Source: Eledone cirrhosa | Taxonomy: Eukaryota | Reading direction: 5' to 3' | Assembly: GCA_964016885.1 (NCBI GenBank) | Contig: OZ024745.1 | Span: 99,510,001 to 99,574,000 of the forward strand | DNA: 64,000 bases | Shown: piece after piece, positions 38,093-52,265 of the stretch | Layout: each line of letters begins with the position of its first letter | How positions within the stretch are numbered: the first letter of the stretch is position 1 | Program-made: the position numbers and the translations under genes | Notes under the pieces: generated by a model | Seen by the model: the letters and a program-made list of their open reading frames with translations, nothing else | Told to the model about the DNA's origin: nothing | Databases searched by the model: none

Positions 38093-41000
38093 GAGTAGGG
38101 TGTCTAAATGCGCGTGGCCTGGGCTCGTCTTGGAAGCAAGCAATGCTTCTAAATGACCTCAGGTCACAATCTATAAATGTGATGGTTATCTGCGAGGCCC
38201 GGATCAGCAGCATGCGACAGCTAGCCCCCACCTTTGACGACTTTCAGATGCACGCATCTCTCTGTCAGCCCGGAGGTGGGGGTGGGGTTGTCGTTCTGCT
38301 GCAAAAACATATGGGCCTTGCAACACAGATAGTTCACTTGGACCCAGGGGGTCGACTGGTGGTGCTGGACCTTGGCAGTGGTGAAGGTAGAGCCTTTAGG
38401 CTGATAGCCGCATATGCCCCTTTTGGGACAGAGCGGCCCGACTTTTTCCAGCGTCTGGAGTCTTTTCTAGGGACGTCCCGTTCCCTGCTTTTAGTGGGGG
38501 ATTGGAATGGTATCCTGGATGCACGTTGGGACTATGCAGGGGCATGTCCCGATAGAGAGGGGTGCAACAGCCTCAAGGGGTTACTCGGCCGATTTGACCT
38601 GGCCGATAGATTTCGACTAGATTTTCCGACGGTGCCAACCTGGTCTTGGTCAAATCGCAGCGGATCATCTAGATCGTACCTAGATAGATTTTTAGTTAGA
38701 AATAAGGACAGGGACTTTTTAAGTTGTCCAGAAATGCTCATGGTTGGCTATTCAGACCACAAGTTGGTGACCTGCATGGTCAACCTTGATAGAACGCATA
38801 GACAGGGCCCCGGTTACTGGAAGCTCAACTTGTCCTTGCCGGCAAGTAGAGCCTACAGGAATCGGATTAGTACGTTAGTTAAGGAACGGTTGACTGGAGC
38901 GATCGTCAACAGCAGGTGGTGGGTATCTCTAAACAGAGAGATTAGAGTAGTCTCGATTGAATTTAGTAAGGTTCTAGCTGCGGATAGGAATAGGAAGGAA
39001 AGGGAGCTAATAGATAGAGTAGAAGAGGCAATTAGAAGCGGCGACGTGGCCAGAGTGCTAGCGTCGAGAACGGCTTTGAGCCAGTTTTTCGACGCGAAGC
39101 ACGAAGGCTGCGTTGTCCGAAGTAAAATACGTGCTCTAGGGAACGAGGGGGCCAAAGCTGTTAGCTGGGCCCGCGTGACAGAGGCCAACAGTGGAACTAA
39201 ATCCACCATCCGGTCTTTGCGAGACCTGGATGGACGGGCGATTCTTGAGCCTAAGCAGATGTGTGAGGCCTTTCAAAGGCACTTTGCCCGACTGTTCGGG
39301 AGGGGCGGGGAGCCGGTTGGGAACGTAGACTTCGGTCCATACCTCGACGGCCTGCCGCGCCTCTCGGACAGGGAGGCGAAGTCCTGCGAGGAGCCGATTT
39401 CGGCCGCTGAGATAGAGGACGTGCTGAGCCAATGCGGCAAACGCAAATTCCCGGGTCTCGATGGTCTTCCTTACGAATTATATCTAGCTATGCCGGACTT
39501 GTTCCCCGATCTCCTCGAGGCGGTCTACTGCAACTGGCAACAGAACGGGAGAATTCCCTGTACTGTGACCAAGGGCGTAGTCACGCTAGTGAGGAAGGAC
39601 GAGAACAAGGGGGACGAAATAAGTAACTTCAGGCCCATAACTCTGCTAAATACAGAGTTACAGATTTTGGCCAAGGTGCTAGCAAAGAGGTTGGCGCTTG
39701 TCGTGGGCAACCTGGTGGGAGATGCGCAGACATGCGCTATCCCGTCCAGGTCCATCCATGACAACCTCCACCTCATGCGATACATCATAGAGAGGGTTGG
39801 GAACGAACCCGGCTTTGGTGGGGCTCTGATCAACTTGGATCAATCTAAGGCGTTCGATAGGGTCGACCATGGTTACCTGGATGCGGTGCTAGCGGCGGCA
39901 GGCTTCGGACCCGTTTTCAGGGGCTGGATCACTGCTATGCACAGCAGCCGCATCTGCTCTAGGGTCAAGGTGAACGGCTACCTCTCGGAGCCGTTCAAAA
40001 TCGCGCGGTCCATCCGACAAGGGTGCCCTCTCTCCTCCCTTCTGTATGTGTTGACTCTCGAGCCACTACTGCGGAAGTTGAAGTTGTTGCAGGGCATCCC
40101 TTTGGAACCGGGATTGCGGAAAGCGGTGTCAGCCTACGCCGATGATGTGACAGTAATGGTGTCGACGGCCTCCGAAATCGAGGCGGTCGGCACCTTACTG
40201 GAGGAGTACGAAAAGTTCACAGGGGCTAAGCTGAACCGGGATAAGTCGATCGGTTTGCAACTCGGCACGTGGAGGGGCAGACCGATGCCCTCCGATGGCG
40301 TCGTCGGACGCTGGACGGAGGGCCCGGTGAAGTTGCTCGGGGTCTGGTTCGGACCGGACCTCCAGGTGGAGAAAAACTGGGCGGAGGTTACGAACAGGGT
40401 GTTTGCACTGACCCAGAAGTGGGCCAGTTGCAAACTATCCCTGAAAGGTCGGGCGGAGGTGGCGAACACTTATATAGCGTCCGTCATCTACTACCGCCTG
40501 ACCGTAGTGCCCTGCCCAAGGGAAACCCTCACCAAGATGGAGCGCGCGCTCTTCCAATTCCTTTGGAAGAGGCGGGCTCCTATGGTGAGGAGATCCATCT
40601 GCTGTCAACACCCTTCGAAAGGAGGGCTGGGGATGCCGTGGCTAATGATGCGTAAACACGCATTAAGGCTACGGCACCTCTACGTATTCCTCACCGGACA
40701 ACCGGTGTGGGCCTCGTTTGTGAGACGAACCTTTCCCAGACTCGTCTCACTCACCGAGCTGCAATCCTGGGTCAAGCAAAGACCGAGAAAACTGGGCACC
40801 TGGCACACTGAGTGTGCCCAGGCGCTCACCGCCCTCTGGCAGGCGGATCCGGTTATCAGTGGAGACTCCACCGCAACATTCTATAGATGGCGACGACGCC
40901 CTCGGAGAAGCCCTAGACATGGAGGAGGACGAACTGGCCAGCCTGTTCGGTAGGACATTCAGCCCGGGACCTATGGACAACTTCCAGAAGTCCCTGGCCT

Positions 41001-41500
41001 GGCAGTGCTACCGAGGGGCTTTACCCGTTCGAGAAAGGCTCTACAGACACGGGCGCCCGGGTAGGGACCCCGCCAAAAAGATCTGTCCCAGATGCGTGTG
41101 CGACGAGGAAACCGTTGCACACGCATTGGTACACTGCTCGGGCGTAGCCGATCTGTGGGGCTATGTCGAACAACTGCTGTCAAGGGTGGGACCGATCCGG
41201 TTGACCACCGAGTCTATTGTAATGATCAAGCCGCCTCCCCCCTTCAAAGATGAAGCAGAGGCGGTGTTTCTGTGCGTAATAGCCATGGCGAAAGAGGTTG
41301 TATGGTGGACGCGTCTGAAAGGACTGAGGTCAGGCACCTTTCTCTCTGGCCAACAACTGGTCCGTTTCTTCCGATATCATTTCGGAAGAAGGATCAGGAT
41401 GGAGAGAGAGGTGCTGCACCCCAGTCGTTTTTATGAAAGGTGGGTGAAAGTGGCGAGAATGGCCCATGTGAATGGGCCTTCTCTTTACATAAGCCTGTAG
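38080..41500 (+). CDS. Tx1-like ORF2 (APE endonuclease, RT, C-terminal CCHC), one frameshift near 40885
   Basis: GCLNARGL, GDWN, SYLDRF, SDH, PGYWKLN, FRPITLLN, DQSKAFD, RQGCPLS, YADD; continuation frame has CPRC..ETVAHALVHC. Confidence 0.9.
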
Positions 41501-41781
41501 GTGGAAAAGAGGAAGGAACGAGGGAGCACCCCCTCTCTGTGCTCCTGAGGAAAAGGGTTGCACACTTTTTTCGGGGGTGTGTGCGACCCCCCAAGGCGCC
41601 TCCTCTCTATTGAGGATTTTGTTAAAAATTTTATTTTTTGTTATATCTTATTTTATTTTTATATTTTGTTATTGCCTCCTCCTTATTGAGGACGCCTTTT
41701 TGTGTAAACTCCCCCCTTTGTACTTGTCCCACTTTTGATGCCCTAGTGGCAAATAAAAGAAACATATATATATATATATAC

Positions 41782-41834
<53 letters not shown>

Positions 41835-41901
41835 TATACGTATATATATTTATATATATGTCACATAGTCACTCTATCTGTCTGTATATATCTCAACACA
41901 C

Positions 41902-41982
<81 letters not shown>

Positions 41983-42043
41983 GTATATATATTTATATAT
42001 ATGTCACATAGTCACTCTGTCTGTATATATCTCAACACACACA

Positions 42044-42181
<138 letters not shown>

Positions 42182-43185
42182 ATATTTGGGGAGGGTCATA
42201 TTTGCGCAATATTGCCAGAATCAATAACAGAACACACTCACTGTTTGGTTGGTTTTCGCTTCTCGCTGTCTTTTATATCTGCGATCTAACTTACTCGGTC
42301 CTCAATGTTGCCATTAACTGACCGGCGGTCAAAAATAATACAGATACAATATAGGCACAAACACATATATATAGTTTATATATATATATATTTATATATA
42401 TATATATATAGTAGTTGAAGATAAGGTAGTGGTGGTGGTGGCGATATACGGGAAGTTAGAATTTGAAACTTTTAAAAGAAGTGAATCTTGAAATAAGCAA
42501 TACATTAAATTATGTTTAATCATGTGTTACAACATTTAGTAGATAAATTATATAATTGTTTCTACTGTTGGCACAAGGCCAAACATTACTGGTACTTTAT
42601 TTCATCGACCCCGTAAGGATGAAAGGCAAAGTGAACCTCGGCGGGATTTGAACTCAGACTATAAAGTGGCGTAACTCTAGGCTGCAAAGCATGGCATCCG
42701 ACCTTCTACCGATACTGCCAATCCCCAGCCCTTCGATGGATTGGCAGTATCAGTAGAGGGTCGGACGCCATGCTTTGACGCATAGAGTTACGGCCCTTAC
42801 CATTCTGAGTTCAAATCACGCCGAGGTTAACTTTGCCTTTCATCCTTACGGGGTCGATAAAATAAAGTACCAGTAATGCACTGGGTTTTGCTGACCTTGT
42901 GCCAAAAGTAGAAACAATTATTATTATAAGATATCAGCTTACATATCAATAAATTAATAAATCGATAATAGAAGTGGTGACAACATCAATATCTACACTG
43001 GTGATACCGATTTTTAGCCTATACTTGATGGTCGAAGTATAAAATCATCAGCGAATTTTAGATTAAAATTTCTTTTCTTAAGAAAATTCTAAAATTTCTG
43101 ATTTTATAATCTCACATCCTCGGAATGAATCTTTATGAGTTGAAACTTGTGTTAGTTTGATAGCATATTGACGCTTTGATGTTTC

Positions 43186-43219
<34 letters not shown>

Positions 43220-44626
43220 CAAAAAAAATGTTTTCCCACGGTGCTCTTTTCTTTTACTGACATGGCCACCAAAAAGTGACATGTGACCTCGCAGAAAAGA
43301 CAATAAATAAATGCTCCGGAGACTAGTTTTTCCACTCCTAGGAAGAAGAAGATATACTTGGGCCATCTGTTATCTATCAAAAATAACTAGCTGCCATTAT
43401 AAATAGGCTGGCAGTATCGGTAGAGAGTCGGACCCATGCTTTGCAACATAGAGTTACGGCCCTTTACGGTCTGAGTTCAAATCCCGCCGAGGTTAACTTT
43501 GCCTTTCATTCTTACGGGGTCGATAAAATAAAGTACCAGTCACGCACTGAGGTCGATTTAATCGACTTTCCCCTTCCCCAAATTACTTGCCTTCTCCCTA
43601 TACTAGAAATCATTATAAATAGAATGAGGGCGGTGGATTGGCAGTATTGGTAGAGAGTCGGACACCATGCTTTGTAGCATAGAGTTACGGCCTCTTCTCC
43701 TTGACCACACAGCTTCCTTGCCACTGCACTTGTACAACACAACCTCACCATGATAGGGTTTCTACTACCTCTTCTGGTACATACTTTCTGACTACAACTT
43801 ATCACTTTTAAGGAGAACAGCGCACGGTAAACAAAGCGACTCCTGCACAACACAGAAGACTTATTGAACAGTATATTCATTTGCGAATACAACAATCAAA
43901 CTTTATATTTACGATTTGATGAAATCCTTTTTTTTTTCTTTTTGCTGAAGTGAATTAAAGTTATAAACTGGAGACGGTTGCTTCTGACGCCCCACTGGAA
44001 AGAATGTTTGAGGACTCTTCCCTCACGACCCTTGCAGGGACAAGTGGGTGAAGAAGAAGAAGAAGAAGAAGAAGAAGAAGAAGAAGAAGAAGAAGAAGAA
44101 GAAGAACGGTATTAGGAAGGAAATTCAGTTGGATCACAATTTTGAATTTTACGGTGCAAGGGAGGTAATTAAGAATTTGTAAAACTTGATTAGCCAGGAA
44201 AACAATAAAATTAACGACATTACAAGACCATAGTGACTGTGATCGACTCGGGCTGCTAATGTTGTTTAGCCCCAAGTCAGTAATGTGGTTGTGATTAGTG
44301 TATCTGCTATTTTTGTTTAGCCCTAGGTCGGTTCAGAGACTATGAGCAAATTTGGATGCTATTGTTGTTTCGCCCTAAGTCACTACGGGGACTACAACAA
44401 TTCTGTGACTCTGATCAGAGCATATTTTTAATGTGTAGTCCCTAACAAAAATATTTGTTGTTTAGCTCTAGGTCAGTATTGTGGGTGTAGTGTTTGTGTA
44501 TTGTGCGTTCTATATGTGTGTTGTGTGCGTATTGTATGCGTGTATTGTGTGTATGTGTGTTGTGTGTGTGTTGTGTGTAGGTAGGTAGATAGACAGACTG
44601 ACAGACGTACGTACGTATGGACGGAT

Positions 44627-44678
<52 letters not shown>

Positions 44679-44685
<7 letters not shown>

Positions 44686-45724
44686 ACGTCAAGACGGGCG
44701 GTCTGGAAAGTGAAAGTAATTTTTGACACTGAATCTTTTTTTTTTTTTTTTTTACAACAGGTCTCAATAGTGAAAGTTACGATACACACGCAATTGTATG
44801 GATTTCTTAATATATATATATGTGTGGGTGTGTATATGTCTGTATATATATGTGTGTCTGTATGTATATATATATATGTGTTTGTATATATAAATGTGTT
44901 TGTATATATATATGTATTTGTGTCATCATCATCGTTTAACGTCTATCTTCCACGCAAGCATGGGTTTAGACGTATATATGTGTTTGTGTGTATATATGTG
45001 TTTGTGTGTATATATATGTGTGTTTGTGTGTATATATATGTGTGTCTGTATGTATATATATATATGTGTTTGTATATATATATGTGTGTCTGTATATATA
45101 TATGTGTTTGTGTCATCATCATCGTTTAACGTCTATCTTCCACGCAAGCATGGGTTTAGACGTATATATATGTGTTTGTGTGTATATATGTGTTTGTACA
45201 TCTCGCCAAACTTGATGGCACCAACTCTCTGACCCCAAAGAAATTAAGGTCGGGTCATAAGAAGCACAGAGAATGATAAGGGATTTGGGTCAGAGGGGCA
45301 GCTTGGGGTCAGAAAGGCAGATTGGCGTCAGAAGGGCTGGGAAAATTTTATTTTTTTTAAACGAAGCACCGAAGGGCTGGATTGTAATACAGTTCACATC
45401 AAATATGGCTGGACGAGTGTGTGGTCGCGTTACGTTAGTTGAAGATATTTTAGATACCAATGCCATTATTAATCATTTTGAAACAGTGTATACACTGTGT
45501 CCGGCGATACACGGTGACACGTTGTGTATGTTACAGTGGTTTGCACATTGCAAAGATATTCTGAGGGGATTGATAAATGGAGATGGCGATGCGGCCGCGA
45601 CAATACAATTGCGTGTGGATCGTAACTTTCACTATTGAGACATGTTGTAAAAAAAACAAAAAAACAAATTCACAGTGTCAAAAATTACTTTCACTTTCCA
45701 GACCGCCCGTCTTGACGTATGCCG
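44679..45724. mobile_element. Non-autonomous TIR element with ~120-bp terminal inverted repeats
   Basis: 44680-44800 is the reverse complement of 45603-45723. Confidence 0.65.
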
Positions 45725-47790
45725 CCTACCACGACATCAATACAGAAGCCAAAGACCTTGCTGCCGCCCTTAAGGTAGATAAGAAACTACAATGCTTAGC
45801 TAAGTGTGAGGCGTTTCTCACCCTGAAGGATCACAAGGTAGACATTGCTTCTAATCCCACAAGATAGACTTTGATTCTCATCCCACGTGTAGACTACTAA
45901 ATGGGACCAGTCAGTAAGGAAATGGGACAGTAAGGAAATGGGACTAGTCAGTAAGGCTATACTTAGAAACATAGTTAAGACCATTAGGACCAAGTCCAAC
46001 CTGTCCCAGTGGGAGAACAGCGACTTCGTCATTAAGTGGTTTAACTCCTTCAACTCCTAAAAAAGCTAAGTTCACTCATTGTGGATTTTTACCCGTCGAT
46101 CTTAGTGACCCTGTTGAACAAAGCGTTGGACTTTTCAACAACTTACACTACCGTCCATGATCTAGACAGGGAGATCATCGCACATTGCCGGAAAACCCTC
46201 CTCTTCACCAACGGAGTAGCTTGGACAAAGAAGTCAACCACTTCAGAACTATTCGACGTCTCCGTGTAATCGTTTGACAGTGCGTATGCGATTTGGTTGG
46301 CTTATTTATTTTAGATATATTACGTGCTAGAATCCCGGACTTCCACACGGGAATATACCGCGACGATGGTCTGACCCTATCAAGCCATAAAAGTGGTTAC
46401 GACCTGGGCCTGTTTAAAAAAAGATTTAATTTCTACTTTTAATGAGTTAGGACTTAGGATAACGGTAGCTACCAACCTCTCTAGCATAGATTTCTTAGAC
46501 ATTAATTGAGACCTTCGCACACCTTCAGACCCTTCCATAAACTAAACGAAAAACTTAATTACATACACAAGGACTCATACCACCGTCTTACTGTTTTTAG
46601 AAACTTCGTAAATGATAGCGGTACTAGAATCTCTAACCTCTCCCCTAATAAAGCAATCTTTGACAGAGCGGCCCCTTACTACAACACGGCATTAGCTAAC
46701 AGCGGCTTCTCGCAACCAATAACTTACCCCCCCCCCACACACACACACACACACACTAACACCAACAGCAATAAAAAAAGAAATCGTAGCAATAGACAAA
46801 CTATCTAGTTCTCCCCCTTCTCACTCAACGTTAAAACTAATGTAGGAAAAAGATTTTTAGCCCTCGTAGATAGACACTTTCCCATAGGTCACAAATACCG
46901 CTCCATCTTTAACAGACACAGGGTAAAACTAGGATACTCCTGCGCTAAGAATATGAAGGCCCACATCACCAACAGCCCTAAGAGCGGCACCCCACCAGGA
47001 TGCTCTTGCCGAAAGCTTGAAGCTTGTCCCCTTCAACAGCAATGAAACACACCCGCTGTTGTTTATGAAGCTGTGGTTACTTCCAACCGACCAAATCAGC
47101 AACAGCAGGTCAAATCCTATGTGGGTATGGCGGAGGGCCGCTTTAAGGAACGCTTCCTGAACCATCAGTTGACCTTTAGGTATCCGGACAAACGATCATC
47201 CACGAAGCTCGTGAGCCACGTATCGTCCCTCAGAGACTCAGGTGTAGACTATTCCATTCAATGGAAAGCTATTACTAAGTCCAAGCCATACGTAAGGGGT
47301 AATCCGTCTTGTGGTCTGTGTATTGAAGAAACGATGAATATTTTAAGGAGATTACGCAATATCGATTGTCTAAATTCAAGAAATGACCTCTTCTCACGTT
47401 GTCCACACGTCTGGAAACACCTCTTGCATAACTACAAATTCTCAGGATTGAATAACACCAACATTCTCATATTCTAATCAACTCGAACAATTTATTCCGG
47501 ACATTCGCGGTTATCTCCTTAACACCTTTCGACCGTGGATTTTTATTGCTTGGGAGAAATGACCGCTTCTGCGCATGCGCTTTCATGCGATTGTTTCTCC
47601 TTTTCCTGTGTCCGTATATCCATTATCAGTCCGAGCTGAGGATCCGCATAAACTGAAACAATTGTTCTCGGTATGGTGAACTAACTGTTGTATTACTACT
47701 TATATACCAACTCATAATATTATATTATATTATAACATTAAATCATACATTTTTTAACACTACAAGTGAAGTCATTCTTTTCCTTTTTTT
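45725..47790 (+). mobile_element. Naiad-type Penelope-like element, 5'-truncated and decayed
   Basis: FLTLKDHK, DFYPSI, GIYRDDGL, CSCRKLEACPL, VVYEA..YVGMAEGRFKERFLNH, CGLC; hammerhead-like motif 47631-47671. Confidence 0.85.
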
Positions 47791-47804
47791 CAAATATATA
47801 TATA

Positions 47805-47879
<75 letters not shown>

Positions 47880-48077
47880 ATATATAAATAAATATGTATA
47901 TATATTTATATATAAATAAATATTTATTCAAATAACAGATTAAAGTTTAAGCAAAGAATCGCTTCTTTCGCCCTTAACGGGATATTTGATATATATTTAT
48001 CCTTATCGTGCCCTCTTTGGATTTTAGTCTTCACATTTATTATTATTACTATATAAATAAATATATATGTATATAAA

Positions 48078-48136
<59 letters not shown>

Positions 48137-48250
48137 GTGAGGTTTTTTTAACAAAATGAAAAATAATCGAGGTGTCCTACACGAGTGAAAGTATAAAGAA
48201 AAAAAGATGAAATCGAAAATGCAACTGGAGTCTTATTTTCGATTTCATCT

Positions 48251-48304
<54 letters not shown>

Positions 48305-48340
48305 CATATATATATATATAATATATATATATATAGAAAT

Positions 48341-48391
48341 GGCTTCTACAGGACTAAAACTGTTTCATTCGAGAGAAATCACCAGGAAGCC
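48341..48391 (-). ncRNA. Type I hammerhead with A6G core change
   Basis: Reverse strand: ggcttc-CTGGTGA-t-ttc..gaa-t-GAAA-cag..ctg-TA-gaagcc; flank homologous to 56735-56890. Confidence 0.55.
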
Positions 48392-48830
48392 GACTGTCCA
48401 AGTAATATGGTGGTATCCTTTTCTGGTGGTAGGAGAGAGTGGTGATTGGGATGGCTGGTGGTCATTGGCTGGTGGATTTAAAGAAAAGGGAATTCTTTAA
48501 AAACTATATTTAGAACACTGCCCGAATTGCATGCACAAAGGCTTTGCAACTTACAAATATCTTAAGCCAGTGTTGAAGCCAGATGGATAATTTACAAAAA
48601 CAAAAAACGCCACTCGACAAAATATCCCCTCCCCCTCCATCCCACCCTACCCTCTACCCTCAACCCAAGCCCCCATCTCGACCCGCCTCACGGTACTATG
48701 GTTATTTAAGTACTTCTTACCTACTTGCCTTTTCCACATGTATAACGTACTTGAATTGCGCATGTATGTGTGTATATATGTGTGTGTGTGTATGTGTGCC
48801 TGTATGTATGCATATATATGTATATAGATG

Positions 48831-48867
<37 letters not shown>

Positions 48868-48869
<2 letters not shown>

Positions 48870-51800
48870 TAATAATGATAAATGTGAAGTCTAAAATCCA
48901 AAGAGGCCTCGATAAGGATAAATATATATCAAATATATAAAAACTCTAGACCAAATATTTACTTCTGCGTTCGTTCACAGATTAATTTTTTTAGTTTCAG
49001 AAGATCCCGTTAAGAGCAGCGATTCTTTGCTTAAACTTTAATCTGTTATTTTAATAAATATTTGCTCTAGGGTTCTTATATATTTGATATATATTTATCC
49101 TTATCGAGACCTCTTTGGATTTTAGTCTTCACATTTATTATTATTACTATTTGGCTCCCTCAGTTGAGCACTCTATTGACTTATATTCATCATGCAGAAA
49201 CAACATCTGAATATTTCTACAAAGAACATACCCGTACCTAGCAGGAAGACATACTTCAAACTTTTGATACAGAAAACGGATTCGTTCCTTAAAAGATTGC
49301 GTTGGCGTGCCTTTTATTTCGATAACCAGGAAAAAGCGGACAATAAGCAGGATAAATTTGAGTTTAAAACTTATAATAATCCTCCGAGTAACCAAGCATT
49401 GCTACCCTTCGAAAACAATGTCTTGGAACTCATACGGAGTATCAAATTTCGGAATATGAGCAATTCCTTCCAGCAGGACCTGAAGAATAGAATTCCTTCT
49501 ATTAAGGATTCTAATGCCGTGCACGTCCACTCCGACAAAACTGGCAATCTATACCAAATGGTAAGTACTGCACTCCATCAACTGCTACATAATGCTGTAA
49601 CTAAGGATTACCGGAAAACCAATCGGAGTGTCATTAATGTCATCAACGACGCTGGGTTTAAAATCACTTCTGAACTCAGCACCCAGGACCGGGCTGAACC
49701 TCTTGACCCTTTTTCTCCCCACTTTACCCTAAAGGATCACAAACCCAATTTCGCCAACAACCCCTCTAAGTATGATTTAGGTAGACTTAGTAAAAGGATT
49801 TTAGATATAATTATACCTGAAATTAGAAACTTGGCTCCTCTTGCACTGTGAAATAATTCTTTCGCGGTGATTGGTTGGTTCAATGGCATATGCAACAAGG
49901 AACATTGCCATTTCATCCAATTCGACATCAATAACTACCACTCCTCCACCACTTTACCACTTCTTCTTAGAGCTATCAATTTCGCTAAAACGCTCACGGG
50001 GTTTAAGGATTTCGAAGTTGATGTCATCCTCAATGCCCGTAAGTCGGTGATTAATTCCGACGACTCTATTTGGATTTTTAAAAAAATCTAATAGTACTCC
50101 ATTTGAGTATGGGCGCCAGCGATTCGGCGGAGGTTACTGATCTTATCGGCCTTTTCCTTCTTTTCTCTATCAAGGAAGAATTCCCCAATGTGGGTGGTGG
50201 TTGGTACCGCGATGACGGTCTTTTGGTCATGACGAAGTGCGGTCCACACGCTTGCGATGGGTTCAGAAAAGAACTCACAGACTTCTTTAAAGGCTTCAAC
50301 CTCTCCATACAGGTTGAGGCCACTTCTCGGTCGTTAATTACCTCGACGTTACCCTCAATGGCTTGCACTACTCGTATTGAAAGCCGAATGGTACACTTAA
50401 TTACATAAGTAAGTATTCTAACCATCCTGCCAACATAACCAAGAACCTGGTAAGAAACATTTCTTTGAGGCTTTCCCGTCTATCTACAAACGAGCATATT
50501 TTCACCGACCATTCCACATATTACAATGAAGCTCTTGCTCGGAGTGGATTTGTCGATAAGGTAGCATATACTAAGTATAAGCATAGACCAAGGAAAAATA
50601 GATCCCGACGCATTATATGGTATAACCCACCATATAATATGGAGGTGATCTCACCATTAGCCAAGATCGTTCTCTCCCTTATTAAGAAGCATTTCCCCTC
50701 AGCACATAAACATAATAACATTTTTAATAGAAATACCATTAAAATATCTTATTCTACGACTCCTAACCTTGCACATAACATCACTGCTTCAAATTTAGCT
50801 AAATTACCTAGCCGTGGGAACACGTGCAACCCTGTAGCTAGTACTAACTGTAATTTTAGGAATCGGGTTGACTGCCCTCTATCCGGGAAATACCTCTCCA
50901 GTAACATTGTCTACAAATGTAAGGTCGAAACACCCACGTCTAGTAGGGCCTACATAGGGTTAACCGCCAATAGATTCAAGCAGCATCTTTACATACACAC
51001 CCATTCTTTTCTTAACCTTTTAAGAAGGAATATGACGTCACTTTCAGCTTATATCTGGAGTCGAAAAGACAACCACACCCAATATAGGTTACAATGGGAG
51101 ATCCTAGCTAAAGCTAGATCGTATAACGGTAATAAAAGACCACGCGACCTTTGCGCCGCTGAAGCCCTGGAAATACTCCACGCCAATGATCACATCGTAA
51201 ACAAAAAATCTGAGGCAATTTCGGCTTGTAAACACAAATTGCATAAAACTTTCCTGTATTACAGCCCCACATTATACCCTAACGGATAGTACGAACAATA
51301 CGTGGATAATTTACGTATTGATGTGGTGGCTAAGTATATTTTATGTTTATACTATTACTTATTTGTATAGGTAAGTATATCTTACCCGTATGTTTTGTGA
51401 AGGTACGTATACTTTCTCGTACGTATATATGCTCGTATTTGTTATAGGTGTATATGTTATATTATATATACTGGTATATGTGTATATGGTTATGTGTATG
51501 TGTGTATTTGTGTTTGTGTGCGTATGCGTGTATGCGTGTTTGCACGTATGTAAGGTGTGTATATGTGTACTTTATGTTTTGGTTGACATACGTTTGGTGA
51601 ACATATGTGTATTTACCTAAGGTATGTGTGTGCGTGCGCTATATACGTATTTATGTGTGTATATTTATATGCGTTTATATAATTATATGTATACACACAC
51701 ACACACACATATATATATCTTTTTTGTGTATTTGGTGTATACGTTCGTTTGTGTGAGGGTACATGTGTCGCGCGGGTTTATGTATGCGTGCGTGTGTTTA

Positions 51801-52265
51801 TTTGTACGTGCATGTATATGCATGCATGGCGGGTGTTTTCGCGTATGCACGTGTATGTACGTATATGGATGCGTATATATTTAATTATTATTGATTTTAA
51901 TAACCTGTGACATTTTCGTTCTACTAATTTATTTACATTATTCTTAACTCTGAAGCCGAGAATCATTCGGTTTCCCAAATAGAATATTAGTCTACGACTT
52001 TATTTCTACCATAAACGTGGTTTTGTCTTTGCGTGTATTTGTTTTCATCGCTTCACATAACGACGTATTATCTTCGCTTTTTTCCGTTCATTGCCAGGGA
52101 ACGTCTTCACGAACAAAAGTATCGTCTTCCTGTTTTCCTTCGGTTGCAACGTTTTGCGAAATATTTACTTCTGCGTTCACAGATTGATTTTTTTAGTTTC
52201 AGAAGATCCCGTTAAGGGTGAAAGCAGCGATTCTTTGCTTAAACTTTAATCTATTATTTTAATAA

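Larger units (their letters stand above)
36183..41763 (+). mobile_element. Tx1-like (L1 group) non-LTR retrotransposon, near full length, inserted in a (TA)nCG microsatellite
   Basis: Two ORFs, 3' UTR ending AATAAAAGAAAC, microsatellite on both sides, empty site at 31684-31810. Confidence 0.92.

Noticed and set aside
47552-47600. ATGA...GA hairpin as a SECIS element
   Set aside because: No 11-12 bp helix 2 or apical AA; reads as a simple inverted repeat around GCGCATGCGC
49849-49851. In-frame TGA in the second Naiad as selenocysteine
   Set aside because: Aligns with Trp (QWENS in the other Naiad), so it is TGG-to-TGA decay
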